Positions 10,764 to 22,313 of a DNA stretch of 64,000 nucleotides are shown here, piece after piece. Source of the DNA: Tubiluchus corallicola (taxonomy: Eukaryota > Animalia > Priapulida); contig JAQGDQ010001009.1 in the NCBI GenBank assembly GCA_030141605.1, forward strand, positions 1-64,000. Direction: 5' to 3'. Below the pieces are notes generated by a model. The model saw nothing but the letters and a program-made list of their open reading frames with translations, did no database searches and was not told where the DNA came from. The translations under genes and the position numbers were made by a program. Numbering within the stretch: position 1 is the stretch's first letter; every line of letters begins with the position of its first letter.

Positions 10764-13700
10764 TTAAGAATTTTGACAAGTGGCTCCCTCGACGGGAATT
10801 GAACCTTCATCATTCTCCACAAGTAGAACTAGTTTGGAGATCGGTCTGTCAAGTTCTGTATCCTGTGTTTTGACTCTCACGCTCCGGACTTGATCCTGAC
10901 AGTCTAGATAGGTCCTAATAACGCGACATAATTTCCAAACGTTTCTAGGTTGATTGACATCCATGATGAGGCAAATGTCACCGATCTTCAGTGAGCGCTT
11001 GTGATGAAGCCATTTGGATCTCGACTGCAGGCTTTGCAAATATTCTCTCTTCCATCGAGTCCAGAATTGCTCAGTCAGATACTGGGCTCTTCTCCATTGC
11101 TTGCGACAGTACAGGTCCGGTCGCTGGAAGTTTCCTGGTGGAGGAAGAACCACTCTTGTTTTCCCAGTCAAAATAGAATTGGGGGATAAAGGCAAAAGTC
11201 CCTGGTCGCTCAGTGCTTCAACTGTAATTGGTCGACGATTCATGACTGCCTCTACTTCTATCAACAGTGTCCTAAGAGATTCATCTGTGAGAAGTGCAGA
11301 ATTCTCTTGTAGCAAGGCTTCAAGAATGCGTCTCGAGGCTCCAATCAAACGTTCCCATGCGCCTACATGGTGGCTGGCTGATGGCACATTGAATTTCCAA
11401 TCTGCTCCATGCTGCAACAGATAATTGCGAATTTTTTCGTTGTCCATCTCTTTGAAGCATTCCTTTGTCTCAGTTATGGTTCCCACAAAGTTGGTACCGC
11501 AATCACTTCGCATTTGCCTAACTGGACCTCTGCTGGCAAGGAAGCGAAGTAGTGCCATAATGAAGGCATCTGTGTTTAGTGATGCAGCTAACTCTAAATG
11601 GACAGCTCTGCTTACCAAGCAGGTAAAAATGATGCCGTAGCGTTTTAGAGTCTTACGGCCTTCTCGAACAAAAAACGGTCCAAACGCATCCGTGGCACAA
11701 TATGTAAATGGCGGTGATGGCGTGAGACGATCGACTGGCAGGACCGACATCTTTTGCTCTTCATGTGGGCGGCGTAACTTACGGCAAGTAATGCAGTTTC
11801 TGATGACGTTGCGTACATTTGAACTGAGATTGATTATCCATAATCCTGCAGTTCGAATCGCGTTCATGGTTAGACCACGTCCAGAGTGATGTACAATCTT
11901 TTCGTGAAACCATCTGATAATTAGCTTCGAAGTTGCTGTTTTAGGTGGAATTATGACCGGATGCTTCTCGCCAAATGTCAAATCAGATTGCTGTATTCTT
12001 CCACCAACTCGCATTACTCCTAGTTTGTCCACGAATGGGCTCAACGGTTTACAGTTTCTTTTAAAGGTTTCACCATTTCTCGACTGAAGAAGAAGGTATA
12101 ACATATTCTCTGCGGCCAGTAATGAATCCACAGAAAATTGTCCATTCATTTCTACGTCATTCACTAAGGAGCTGGTAGCCGGCTTTGCAGTGGAAAACTT
12201 CGATCTGAATACATTGCAAGCTCGCATAACTGTTGCAAGTGTTCTCTTCATCTTGTACCACGAAGAACAGCGTGATTCTAAAGTGTCAATAAGCCTGGTA
12301 GAGTCATGTGATGCAGCGCCAATTGTCCTGACTGATTTCAATTCGGGATCGGTCTCTGCAATTCTAAATGACTGCATGCCAGTTTTCTTCCAAAATTCAT
12401 CTTCGGCATAAAGCATTTTCGGTCCACGAAACCAAATATCGTTGTTGATAAACTGTTCTACTTGCTGACCTCGCGAAGCCACGTCACTCGGGTTTGATTT
12501 AGTATCAATATAGTGCCAATGCGTCGGGTTCGATTTGTCTAGAATCTGCTGCACTCTGTTGGCGACGAAAATCTTAAACCTCCTTGTTTGGTTTGCTATA
12601 TAGCTCAACACTACTTTGGAATCGCTCCAATAATAATGCTGCGCGTTTTCATAGTCCAGCTCGTGGTCCAACATACTGGCAGTGTTCACTGATAATACTG
12701 CAGCGGTGAGTTCGAGTCTAGGCATGGTCACATGCTTGACAGGTGTGACACTAGCTTTACCTTGAGTTAAGCTACAGTGTATCTGGTTGGTGCTATCAAC
12801 AAGCCTTAGGTATGAACATGTACCATATCCGACCTCGCTTGCATCAGAAAAGTGATGCATCTGGATGTCCTGTATTTCACCAAAGTCATCTGGGTGAAAA
12901 CAGCGAGGAATTCGCAACTGCTCTATTAAAGGCAAGCTTCGTCTCCAGATTTCCCAGCGTTGTCTAACATTGTCATCCCAACCAAGACGATCACGCGTGA
13001 GCTCTTGCAGTATAATCTTTCCTATCAACAGGGCAGGTGAAATAAGGCCCATTACGTCATAAATGCTGTGGATCGTTGAAAGTATGCCTCGTCGAGTCAA
13101 GGGTGTGTCATTCAGCTGTATGCGGAAACCAAAGGCGTCGTTTTGTATATACCATGACACGCCTAGGGCATACTCTATCTGTTCCTTGTAAGCGGTGATC
13201 GTTTTGCTTTCCTGGTTCGCACGATCTTCAATCGGAATGGCGGCTATGACCTCTGATTTCTTAGCAACAAACTGTGTTAATCTAAAATTTCCTTTCTGAC
13301 AGAGATCCTTTAACTGTGTCGCTATAGCAGTGGCATCATGAGTTGTAGAAGCAGATTTACAACAGTCGTCCACGTAGAAATTAAACAAAATTGTTTGAGT
13401 CACATCACGTGGGAAGGCAGTAACATTGTCTTTAGCTGTCTGCTGTAATGCGAAATTAGCACATCCTCCTGATGATACTGCCCCGAACAAGTGGACTAGC
13501 ATTCGGTAGTCACGCGGCGGATTTTTTGGATCACCCTGGTCCCACCATAAAAATCTTACGTAGTCTGCTTGGTGGCGTGGAATTGCAACCCTGTAGTACA
13601 TCGATTGTATGTCGGCCATGAAAGCTGCTGGTCCTTGTCTAAAACGGCACAAGACTCCCAATAATGAGTTGGTTAAATTTGGCGCTTGCAAAAGTTCGTT

Positions 13701-15101
13701 GTTCAAGGAAGTTCCCATGAACACGGCGCTGCAGTTAAACACCACTCTGATTTTCTTCTTGCGCTTATGGTAAACTGGGTGGTGGGGTATGTACCACACT
13801 TTTCCTGCATCTGGGTACGGCTCTGAGGGTGGCACCTTTTCGGCATATCCGTTTTCTAGCATCTTATTCATGAACGCTGTATATTCGTTTCTCAGCTCTT
13901 CAGCCTGAAACCTTTTGGCTAAGCTGCGCATGCGTTGTTCAGCTTGTACCCTGTTATTTGGCATAACTGGATTATCCTTCTTGAATGGCAACGGCACAAC
14001 ATATTTTCCATTCTTGTAACAAGTCTGCGCAGTAACCTTGCTCATGAAAAGCTTTTCCTCTTGAGAATCACCATAACCATTAGCGTCAGTTGCATTCTGA
14101 ACGGCGGTAGGGATGCTAAACTGACAAGACGAAATTTCTTCGGTGGCGGCATCTGTGCATATCACCCGGCTATAGCTGGATCTAAGACCTTCGCGTGACG
14201 CTTTACCAATTACGCCCTGTACCGTCCAGCCTAAACGCGTAAGAACAGCATAACAATTAAAATCTGGGTGGCTAATGACTTGCAGAGGCTCCATTGCCTT
14301 TGGTGTGTTCATGCCTAGTAGTAAACCAACTTCAACATTGTGCATTATAGGATGGAGTGATTCCGGTATGTCACTCAAATGCCTCAATTCTTCCACTTTG
14401 TTAGGATCTGGTATCTCGTTTCTATCTGCAGAAATTAACTCTTTCGTAAACAAACGTGACAACTCAATGACGTTGCTACCATTCAAGCGCGAAACGCATA
14501 AACCATCAATTCCTTGTGATTTAATTAAATGAGTCCCATTAAGTGTGCGTAGGCGGATGTCAGTATACTGCCCGGTAGCCCCTAATTCTTCAGCTAGCTC
14601 TTCTGAAATGAAGCCGTCATTACTACCTGGGTCTAAGAAGCAGTAGGCTACGCGGCTATTATGAACGTTATCTTTGTGAAAGATCTTAACTGGGACTATT
14701 GCCATTGAAACTACGCTGTCGGCTGAAGTTACGTCACTTGTGTTTACGCGAGAAAATGACACAGTCGAAGTTGATTGATGTTGATTTGTAGGCTTAGCTT
14801 CACGTATTGCATCCGTTTGTGACTGTGAACTATCACTGCTTACACCTGACTGTGATTGCGTGTCGATATGAAGCACTGTGGGATGAGTGCGTTTGCATAT
14901 ATCACAATGTTTCTTAGATCTACAATCCTTATACGCATGAAAAGTCCCATTCAAGCATCCAAAATAAATTTTATTGTCTTTGACAAACTTTCTTTTGGCA
15001 TCGTAGGAAAGCTGACTGAACTCTTTGCATTTATCTAAACGATGATTAGTAGCTGAACAATAGAAACAAGGCCTTTGTTTTAGAGTTTGACCCTTTGACA
15101 T
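10764..15101 (-). CDS. pol: Bel/Pao polyprotein: Zn knuckles, aspartic protease, RT, RNase H, integrase
   Basis: CFYCSATNHRLDKC and CDICKRTH knuckles, FLDPGS, WYIPHHPV, FYVDD, HHFSDAS, PRLELTAA, HHCC zinc finger, TDAFGP / SDCGTNF / WERLI. Confidence 0.96.
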   Translation of the reverse strand: MSKGQTLKQRPCFYCSATNHRLDKCKEFSQLSYDAKRKFVKDNKIYFGCLNGTFHAYKDCRSKKHCDICKRTHPTVLHIDTQSQSGVSSDSSQSQTDAIREAKPTNQHQSTSTVSFSRVNTSDVTSADSVVSMAIVPVKIFHKDNVHNSRVAYCFLDPGSNDGFISEELAEELGATGQYTDIRLRTLNGTHLIKSQGIDGLCVSRLNGSNVIELSRLFTKELISADRNEIPDPNKVEELRHLSDIPESLHPIMHNVEVGLLLGMNTPKAMEPLQVISHPDFNCYAVLTRLGWTVQGVIGKASREGLRSSYSRVICTDAATEEISSCQFSIPTAVQNATDANGYGDSQEEKLFMSKVTAQTCYKNGKYVVPLPFKKDNPVMPNNRVQAEQRMRSLAKRFQAEELRNEYTAFMNKMLENGYAEKVPPSEPYPDAGKVWYIPHHPVYHKRKKKIRVVFNCSAVFMGTSLNNELLQAPNLTNSLLGVLCRFRQGPAAFMADIQSMYYRVAIPRHQADYVRFLWWDQGDPKNPPRDYRMLVHLFGAVSSGGCANFALQQTAKDNVTAFPRDVTQTILFNFYVDDCCKSASTTHDATAIATQLKDLCQKGNFRLTQFVAKKSEVIAAIPIEDRANQESKTITAYKEQIEYALGVSWYIQNDAFGFRIQLNDTPLTRRGILSTIHSIYDVMGLISPALLIGKIILQELTRDRLGWDDNVRQRWEIWRRSLPLIEQLRIPRCFHPDDFGEIQDIQMHHFSDASEVGYGTCSYLRLVDSTNQIHCSLTQGKASVTPVKHVTMPRLELTAAVLSVNTASMLDHELDYENAQHYYWSDSKVVLSYIANQTRRFKIFVANRVQQILDKSNPTHWHYIDTKSNPSDVASRGQQVEQFINNDIWFRGPKMLYAEDEFWKKTGMQSFRIAETDPELKSVRTIGAASHDSTRLIDTLESRCSSWYKMKRTLATVMRACNVFRSKFSTAKPATSSLVNDVEMNGQFSVDSLLAAENMLYLLLQSRNGETFKRNCKPLSPFVDKLGVMRVGGRIQQSDLTFGEKHPVIIPPKTATSKLIIRWFHEKIVHHSGRGLTMNAIRTAGLWIINLSSNVRNVIRNCITCRKLRRPHEEQKMSVLPVDRLTPSPPFTYCATDAFGPFFVREGRKTLKRYGIIFTCLVSRAVHLELAASLNTDAFIMALLRFLASRGPVRQMRSDCGTNFVGTITETKECFKEMDNEKIRNYLLQHGADWKFNVPSASHHVGAWERLIGASRRILEALLQENSALLTDESLRTLLIEVEAVMNRRPITVEALSDQGLLPLSPNSILTGKTRVVLPPPGNFQRPDLYCRKQWRRAQYLTEQFWTRWKREYLQSLQSRSKWLHHKRSLKIGDICLIMDVNQPRNVWKLCRVIRTYLDCQDQVRSVRVKTQDTELDRPISKLVLLVENDEGSIPVEGATCQNS

Positions 15102-16615
15102 ATTCTTAGAGTCAATAGCGAATGATGACGATTTGCGACTGCCACCTCTGGAAGTCTCAATGTATGCTCTTCCCCTTTATCTGTAGATTTTGCCATAGCT
15201 TGTCGGCTAAGAATAGGATGAGATAAACTTTTCGTCCCATCACTGATATGTTTAACTACCTCGGTGAATTTCGGCGGTCTACCTTAACGCTTTTCTATTT
15301 TCTGCGCATGCTCAAGAACTTGATCTTGCATACGATAGGGTAGCTTAGAACAAACTAATTGTATAGTACGCGGGTCATCTAGCGATAACAAATATGCATT
15401 ATCATGCATAGATGCTCCACAGTTGTTCAGAAAAGCAGAAAACTCTTCAACTGAATCGACGTCATCCATTTTTGTGATAGGCTTCCAAGATCTCAATTTA
15501 GTTTTAAATGCTGCGGCAGCGACTGACGAATTCCCGTATTTAGCGTGCAATGCGGCAACGGCATGATCGTACGGCTTCCTATTATTCTCTGATGCTTCAA
15601 TTAATGTCTGTGCCTTTCCTTCAGTGTACTGAACCAAATATCTGTACAACTGTAACTGATCGGTTATGCAAGTTTCAAATGTCTGTTTAAAAACTGTGAT
15701 AAAGGCGTTATATTTTGTTACGTCATTCCCATTAAATTTCACCAATTCAGGCGGCGGTAATTTTTGCAAACTGACTATCTGATTAAGACATTTCGCTTGA
15801 TCTAGAAAAGCTTTAGCAATTAACTCGTTGCTCTGCTGTGGTCTTGGATCCTGGACAGCAGCAGATTGACGTTGCGGTGAATATGGACGATTGCCAAGTG
15901 ACCTATTCGACTGGAGCGACCGGTCTGAACCGACTGACTGACCGTCTGACTTATCATCCTCATCAATGTCGTCTTCCATTTCTGCAGACAAGAGGCTTTT
16001 GCGTAACTTGACCTCATTTAATGCTCGCTTATTTTCAATTTCGTTTAATTCTTGCTGAATTTTAGCTTCAGCCATGCGCCTTTTGATTTTGGCTTCCTCG
16101 TCATTTAATTCTAGGGCTTTCTCAATGTATGCTTGTGAGCGACGGCTAACGTTACTAACGCGAGATATAACTGAATTGGCAGGTGACCTTTGCTGAGTTT
16201 TAGTTACAGGTGCAAGGCTAATATCTTCTTGACTAATCGGCCTACTATCCCCGGCAAACGAATATGCATTAAACGGCTTAATATCTCGTGGTCGATGGCT
16301 ACTGTAGTCCGGCATTCTTTGCGATTGCTCTCATGAGATGTCTACTAACGTGCGCTGCTGTAAGTCCGCAACAGGTAGTTGTTGACCTTGACCATCAGGT
16401 GTCTGGGATTCGCTTATCGGCTCAGGTAAATCGTCTATCATGGCGTCGCTTGTTCTCTCGGCTTCATGGCGGGCGTCTCTCGCGTCCTTCAGCATCCTGG
16501 CGATGAGTTGGTCCTTAGTGCCCTCCTCTGGTAGTCCATAGTCTATACATAAGTTTTTCAAATCGGCTTTGTGCATCTTACGTAGGTTGCCCTCCGTGAG
16601 TGCTAATTGAGCCAT
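15102..16615 (-). pseudogene. gag: Disrupted Bel/Pao gag with N-terminal SAP-like motif
   Basis: ATG at 16615; in-frame TGA at 16333-16331 and TAA at 15286-15284, then a frameshift near 15175 into the pol frame. Capsid-like motifs LPPPELVKFNG and YLVQYTEGKA. Confidence 0.85.
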
Positions 16616-16645
16616 CTCTACACCCCTAGCAGTAAATGTCCATGA

Positions 16646-17163
16646 TGTGGATGCGCCCAGTCCAGGCAATAAAACGGCAAAAATCAATGTTGAACTGTGC
16701 GATAGACCTGCAATTTATTAAACTACAGGATTACAAAAGGTGCTTTGGAATGTGCAAAAGCTTATTACCATTTAGACAAAAAGTTTTAAGAAGTTTTAAG
16801 AAGACTGAAACAAATTATTACTTTATGACTCTATGAAGCAATTTTAACCAATTTAAACGTTTAACTAATTATAAAGGTAGATGTGACTTACATTAACAGG
16901 TGACTTGGCTTGAAAATGCAACTAGTTAATAGACAAAAACAATGAAAGTATCACAAAACGGAACGAACAGTATAGCGGCAACAGAAAGTGTGACTACGTA
17001 TAGAAACAAGTTTGATTGATAGGTGGCGTGCACTACTAAAAGCGCAAGTCACATGACTAAGGCTGGCTTCCCTTTTAAACAGTTTTGCATATGCATATTT
17101 GTAAATTTGTAAAAAGAAAACAAATAATGATAGAATTTTTGATTGAATTGCTTGACACCAACA
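16646..17163 (-). repeat. 5' LTR (518 bp)
   Basis: Direct repeat of 10223-10740. Confidence 0.96.
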
Positions 17164-17342
<179 letters not shown>

Positions 17343-17429
17343 CCAGGGATAGCACGTTAAGCAACTCAATACTTATTTGCGTAGCGATTGCTAATATGAT
17401 TTAACCCACGTTATTTCGATAAACTCATG

Positions 17430-17540
17430 TGCTTGGAAGAAGAGCCAATAGTACCATTCTTTAAGTCTTTGGTATGACTCAGTCGGTAGATCAATTCCCG
17501 ATTATCTGGGAGGGAAGCGAGTACTACCATTGAGCTATAT
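17430..17540 (-). mobile_element. Degenerate tRNA-derived SINE head
   Basis: Minus strand reads ATAGCTCAATGGTAG (A-box-like), then a decayed B-box and GAGTCATACCAAAGACTT, which resembles invertebrate SINE cores (recalled, not searched). Confidence 0.5.
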
Positions 17541-19051
17541 CATCCGTTTCGGTGATGATTATTATCATAATTATGACTTGAATTTTCGTTTCATGTACGA
17601 AAAACCATAACAAAAATTAATATGCTATATCATAGCTATATATATATAATATGTGATAAGGTATAAAGAAACAGGAAGATATATATATATATATATATAT
17701 CTGTGTATATGGGATGTCTCAAAAGTCACTATACGCTTTGACTTTTAATTTTCCTTTTTTTAAATTTTTCTCCAATCTCGGCAACCTCTTACACGAGCGT
17801 ACTACCATTGAACTGCGTCAGCCAGACTAACTAATCTACGCCCTTATAAATACTAGCTGTCTTTGTCCACGTATATAGATTGTGATAAGATATGAAGGAA
17901 TTCAGATAGCTAAGATTGATCTGCAAGAGCAGCGATAACCGAACGAACGGACTGACTTAGACTGAGTTTTTCACATAACTTCTTCCGGCCACATATGCAA
18001 AATTACACAAACTTTTAAAACTAGGTCTTTCATACCTATAACACATGCAACGTATATGTACATTGTAATACTTCACCATGGATATGTGTCTGTATAGATT
18101 TCGTAATGGAAAGATATGTAAGCATCATCGGCGTATATAGAGATTAAAACATCACAGCATGATACAGAATTACCACATAAATGATACAAAATTATCACGT
18201 AAATGATACAGAATTACCACGTAAATGATACAGAATTACCACGTAAATGATGCTTTCTTAAGGCTAAGCAAATTTAAAGTTTTGAAAAACATCTGTTTCA
18301 GTCAAATCTCTTTTATTAACAAATTTCTATTTCGTCACAATGCATTTAGTTGCTGATGTATCAAAAAATGCTTTGAGCAACAATATTATTCTTTCAAAAA
18401 ATTGTAATAAACAAAATTTGTACCAGGAAAATTAACCGTGCCAGGAAGATTAAACGCAGAAGGCTTAAATAGGTGGATCATGCTCTGAGATTACCAGAAG
18501 ATAGTCCGCTTCCTAAAGCTTTCCATGAATCAATTCTACTACCAAAAAGATCAAGAGACCACGTACAGAATACGTACATGGGCGAATTTGCTTCAAAAAT
18601 ATCTCAATGTATCCCGTGGGATACAGGCTATATTTAGCACGCGGGCACAGATAGAAAAAAATAATTATTATGTGTAAACAAGATGGACATACTGAACAAA
18701 AATACCAAGCCAAAAAAAAATTTTCTTATTAAAAAAATAATTTGGGGTTGAAAGGGTTAAACTCGGAAAGATACTTCATCTTGGAGAAGAGCCAAGGAAC
18801 GAAGCAGCAGAAGGTTAACAATATTGTCTTTCCACGAATGAAATCAATACAATGGAATGATGATTATGATGTCACAAGCAAATAATAAATAATTCTCAGA
18901 AATGGAGAAAATGAAACAGTGGGTTCTATCTCTTGAAACAATGCAAGTTAGCGCGTTTGTATCTGTCTTTGCTTAATCATTCTAATTACTTTAGAATCAA
19001 AGTGTCTCTGGTAGCTACTGCAGTTTGATGTTGTTTAAATGAGACTCAAAG

Positions 19052-19709
19052 ATGTATGGCAATTTCATTTCGTTTACTGTATCATTCTTTCTTACTGCTT
19101 CATCTGACATTTTGTTTTCCGAATCGCATCCCACCTCCTGGACTCCAACTATTGTCCTATCCCCGTGTAAAACCATTGAAGATCGTCCCCAGAACTGCTC
19201 TTTCGAAGTAATAACAGAAGGGCACAGCGATGACGATGCATATTTTTGTAGTGTCTGGTGCGGTGTTAATGAAACGCTTGATTTGGACACGATTAATCAC
19301 ATTGTTTATGACGGGGACCACTTGTATTCTTTAAAGATATTTTACTACGGTGTCTGGGCGTTACCTGATCGATTTTTACAACGTCAAAAGCACATATCTA
19401 CTTTGGACATTAGACTTAGTGATAAACTCACCACCATATATGAGAATAACTTTGCAGGACCTGTTGAATACCTGCAGTTACTTTTAAACAGCGTTTTGGA
19501 AATATTACATCCTAGAGCTTTCATACTACTTCGAAATCTCAAAGAGTTGACCATTGCCAACTCACCACTTCTCGCTATATCCTCTCTGGATTTATCATGG
19601 AGTTCAGCTCTACAGATGATTGTTATTGATGAAACTGCTACAGATTCTTTAGAAAAACCGAAATATAATTATTTTCTTTCTGCTCCCAAACTGCGATTAT
19701 ATCTTAGAG
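19052..19709 (+). CDS. First coding exon of a secreted or membrane leucine-rich-repeat protein
   Basis: Hydrophobic N-terminus, Cys-containing cap, LRR-like segments (ISTLDIRLSDKLTTIYENNF; LEILHPRAFILLRNLKELTIANSPL), phase-1 donor AG|GTAAAT at 19709/19710. Downstream exons not established. Confidence 0.65.
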
Positions 19710-19904
19710 GTAAATTCTCTTTCAGTGATTTTCATAGCTGTTAAGAAAGAAAGCATGAAACAGATGGACAGATTGACAAATCGTTCAATCAATTGTCGAT
19801 TGATGGAAACAGACAGACAGGTAGATAGACAAACAGACAGGTACACAGACAGATCGACAGAAGTCAGGAGATAGAGGGATGAATGAATGGCCGAATAAGG
19901 CAAG

Positions 19905-20085
19905 TGTGCGTATGTGTGTGAGAGAGTGTGTGTGTGCGTGTGTGTGTGTGCATGTGTGTGTGAGAGAGAGAGTGTGCTTGTGTGTGAGAGAGAGAGAGTG
20001 CGTGTGTGTGTGTGAGAGAGAGAAGAGAGAGTGTGTGTGTGTGTGTGTGTGTGTGTGCATGCGTGCACGTGTGAGAGAGAGAGAG

Positions 20086-20123
<38 letters not shown>

Positions 20124-20165
20124 CCCGCGATTGCGGGTTCAGAAGCGTGCGTGTGCATGTGCGTG
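19905..20165. repeat. (GT)n/(GA)n microsatellite
   Basis: Direct inspection. Confidence 0.95.
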
Positions 20166-20529
20166 TTTAGATTGAGATTTTTTAGATTCAATAGTTTATT
20201 TCAAACTTTACAAGATTCATATGCACATCACAAATTAATACAAATAACACAATAAATTGTGACACACAACAATAACACAAATAACAATTGAAGATATAAC
20301 AAACTAACTACGCCAATGACGCCTTATTACAGTAGTAAAGTTTCACATCACTGGATGCACATTTTCTGTGAATCACATCAAAATAAATAAAACTAATTCT
20401 AGTAGAAATATATCTGGTGCGTCACATGAAAAGTTAAACAGCTTCCGTGTTGATATATACTATTAAATTTCAAGAGTTATTATTTGGGTCTGCTACTGTA
20501 AATTGAGCGTTGTCGTAATATACCTAAAT

Positions 20530-20833
20530 CAGGGGTGTGCAAATTATCTGAGTAGCCGGCCACATTAAACTTTCCCGCAATTCCTGCGGGCCACAGGCAG
20601 TTTGATCAAGGAGTCAAGTACAGAAAGACCTAATAACGATTTTTTTGCATCCGACCTGCGTACATCATTACTACTACACCCAAGAAACTATTTTAGAAAT
20701 TATTAAAATTCATATTGCAAACCATATATTTCTACTTTCAGAACAGATAGTGGTAATTTCATTACAATGCATATTAGTAATGTGTATCACACAGTCTGAG
20801 TAGTACAGTGACATTAAGTTACAACCGCCTTGT
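20530..20833 (+). mobile_element. Partial copy of the hAT-type MITE at 33119
   Basis: Starts CAGGGGTGTGCAAATTATC and matches 33119-33423. Confidence 0.8.
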
Positions 20834-21629
20834 ATAAATTCCAAAATCACTTGAAACTGCATTTAGAGTAGTATGACCATGTAGTATAATTTTGTAATGT
20901 TTGTCCGTGTGTTAATATATATTATAGTATGTACACATACATTTTTGACTAATGGTGAAAGCACTGACAGTCTTACAGGAAGTAGTAATATACAGTGATA
21001 AGCTTATTTAACGGTTAACTGTGAAAACACTGACAGTCTTACAGGAAGTAGTAATATACAGGGATAAGCTTATTTAACGGATAACGGTGAAAGCACTGAC
21101 AGTCTTACAGGAAGTAGTACTAAACAGGGATAAGCTTATTTAACGGTTAACATATATAAACTTTATTTATTTTGAGCGGATTTAAATTGGATTAACACTG
21201 AGAGCACTGACCGCCTTACAGGAAGTAATAACCTTGCACTTATTTGTGCGTTTAAATGTCAGTATAAAGCACCGACATACCTGTAAACTGGAGGAATCGC
21301 TTTTCACTTACATTGTGTGCTTAATCAAAATTTAATTAACTTTATTTTTAAATTAATTTAATCTTCCTCTATTACTGGTGACCTCCTTTAATATTGTAAC
21401 GAATCCAGTGCTGCTCCGTCTCACGATGTATGTACGATTAGTGGAAATGGTAGGAAGAAAGATAACAGATTGTTCTATGTTGACATCAGCTCTAAAGATT
21501 TATCAATGATGCCTTGTTCTGCATAATCTGTACCAGGATATGTTCTGTTCCAAGGTATGATACAATGCTGATCAGGCGATAGCTAGATGTAGAACTTTAT
21601 GATTTTTGCTTTGTTTTCTCGATAATTTA

Positions 21630-22150
21630 TGTATATAATCTCTATTTGCCATAAAAAAAAATCGATATTCAAAAGCATAAAAGAACATCGCAGCATGAGA
21701 ATAAAATTCACACAACTGTTAAAGGCAAATGCGTCCAGTGCAAACTAAAAACTACTGTGACAAAAATTTAAAACAAAATATACATTATAATGTTACACGG
21801 AGATTATAATAAACTAGATAGAATATATACGTACAATTTAAAATGGACGTGGGTAAATAAAATTTGTGGATGAATATATATTATCGTTTACGTATGCTAG
21901 GTTTTCAAAACGATTTAATGTATGTACTTTTAATTATAATTTGAATTCGTCGAAAGACTTGATCGAAAATCACCTTTATGCGCCTCGAAATCCAAGTGTG
22001 TGATCTCAGGTATAAATTACTAAGTTGTAGCATAATGGCCATAGACCTGAACCACATATTCTTTATCGTAAGTGGATGTAGGCCATCTATATCTAGACTT
22101 TTGCCATTGGTTTTAGCTTCTTTTACAGCACGGTTTAAATCTTCCATACA
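21630..22150 (-). mobile_element. Internally deleted LINE: RT N-terminal remnant joined to a 3' tail
   Basis: KTNGKSLDIDGLHP resembles the RT K-S-x-G-x-D-G motif; the tail recurs at 53645-53945 (inverted) and 54630-54960. Confidence 0.6.
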
Positions 22151-22313
22151 AAATTCTCTGTTGATATTTTTCGATTGATCATTAGTAATTTGGACTCAAC
22201 ATGGACCTTCCAGTTCCTATAAAAGATAAAATCGTCATCATCATTATTGATAAAAAAATTTATGTAAAAAGCTACGCACTTATCTTCGTCGTCACTTAAG
22301 CATTCATCAATAA

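Larger units (their letters stand above)
10223..17163 (-). mobile_element. Full-length Bel/Pao LTR retrotransposon
   Basis: Two 518-bp TG...CA LTRs; gag-PR-RT-RH-IN order; PPT-like GGGGGAGCCAGA next to the 3' LTR (10741-10752). Confidence 0.97.

Noticed and set aside
10991-15038. Short plus-strand ORFs inside the LTR element
   Set aside because: Antisense shadows of pol with no motifs.
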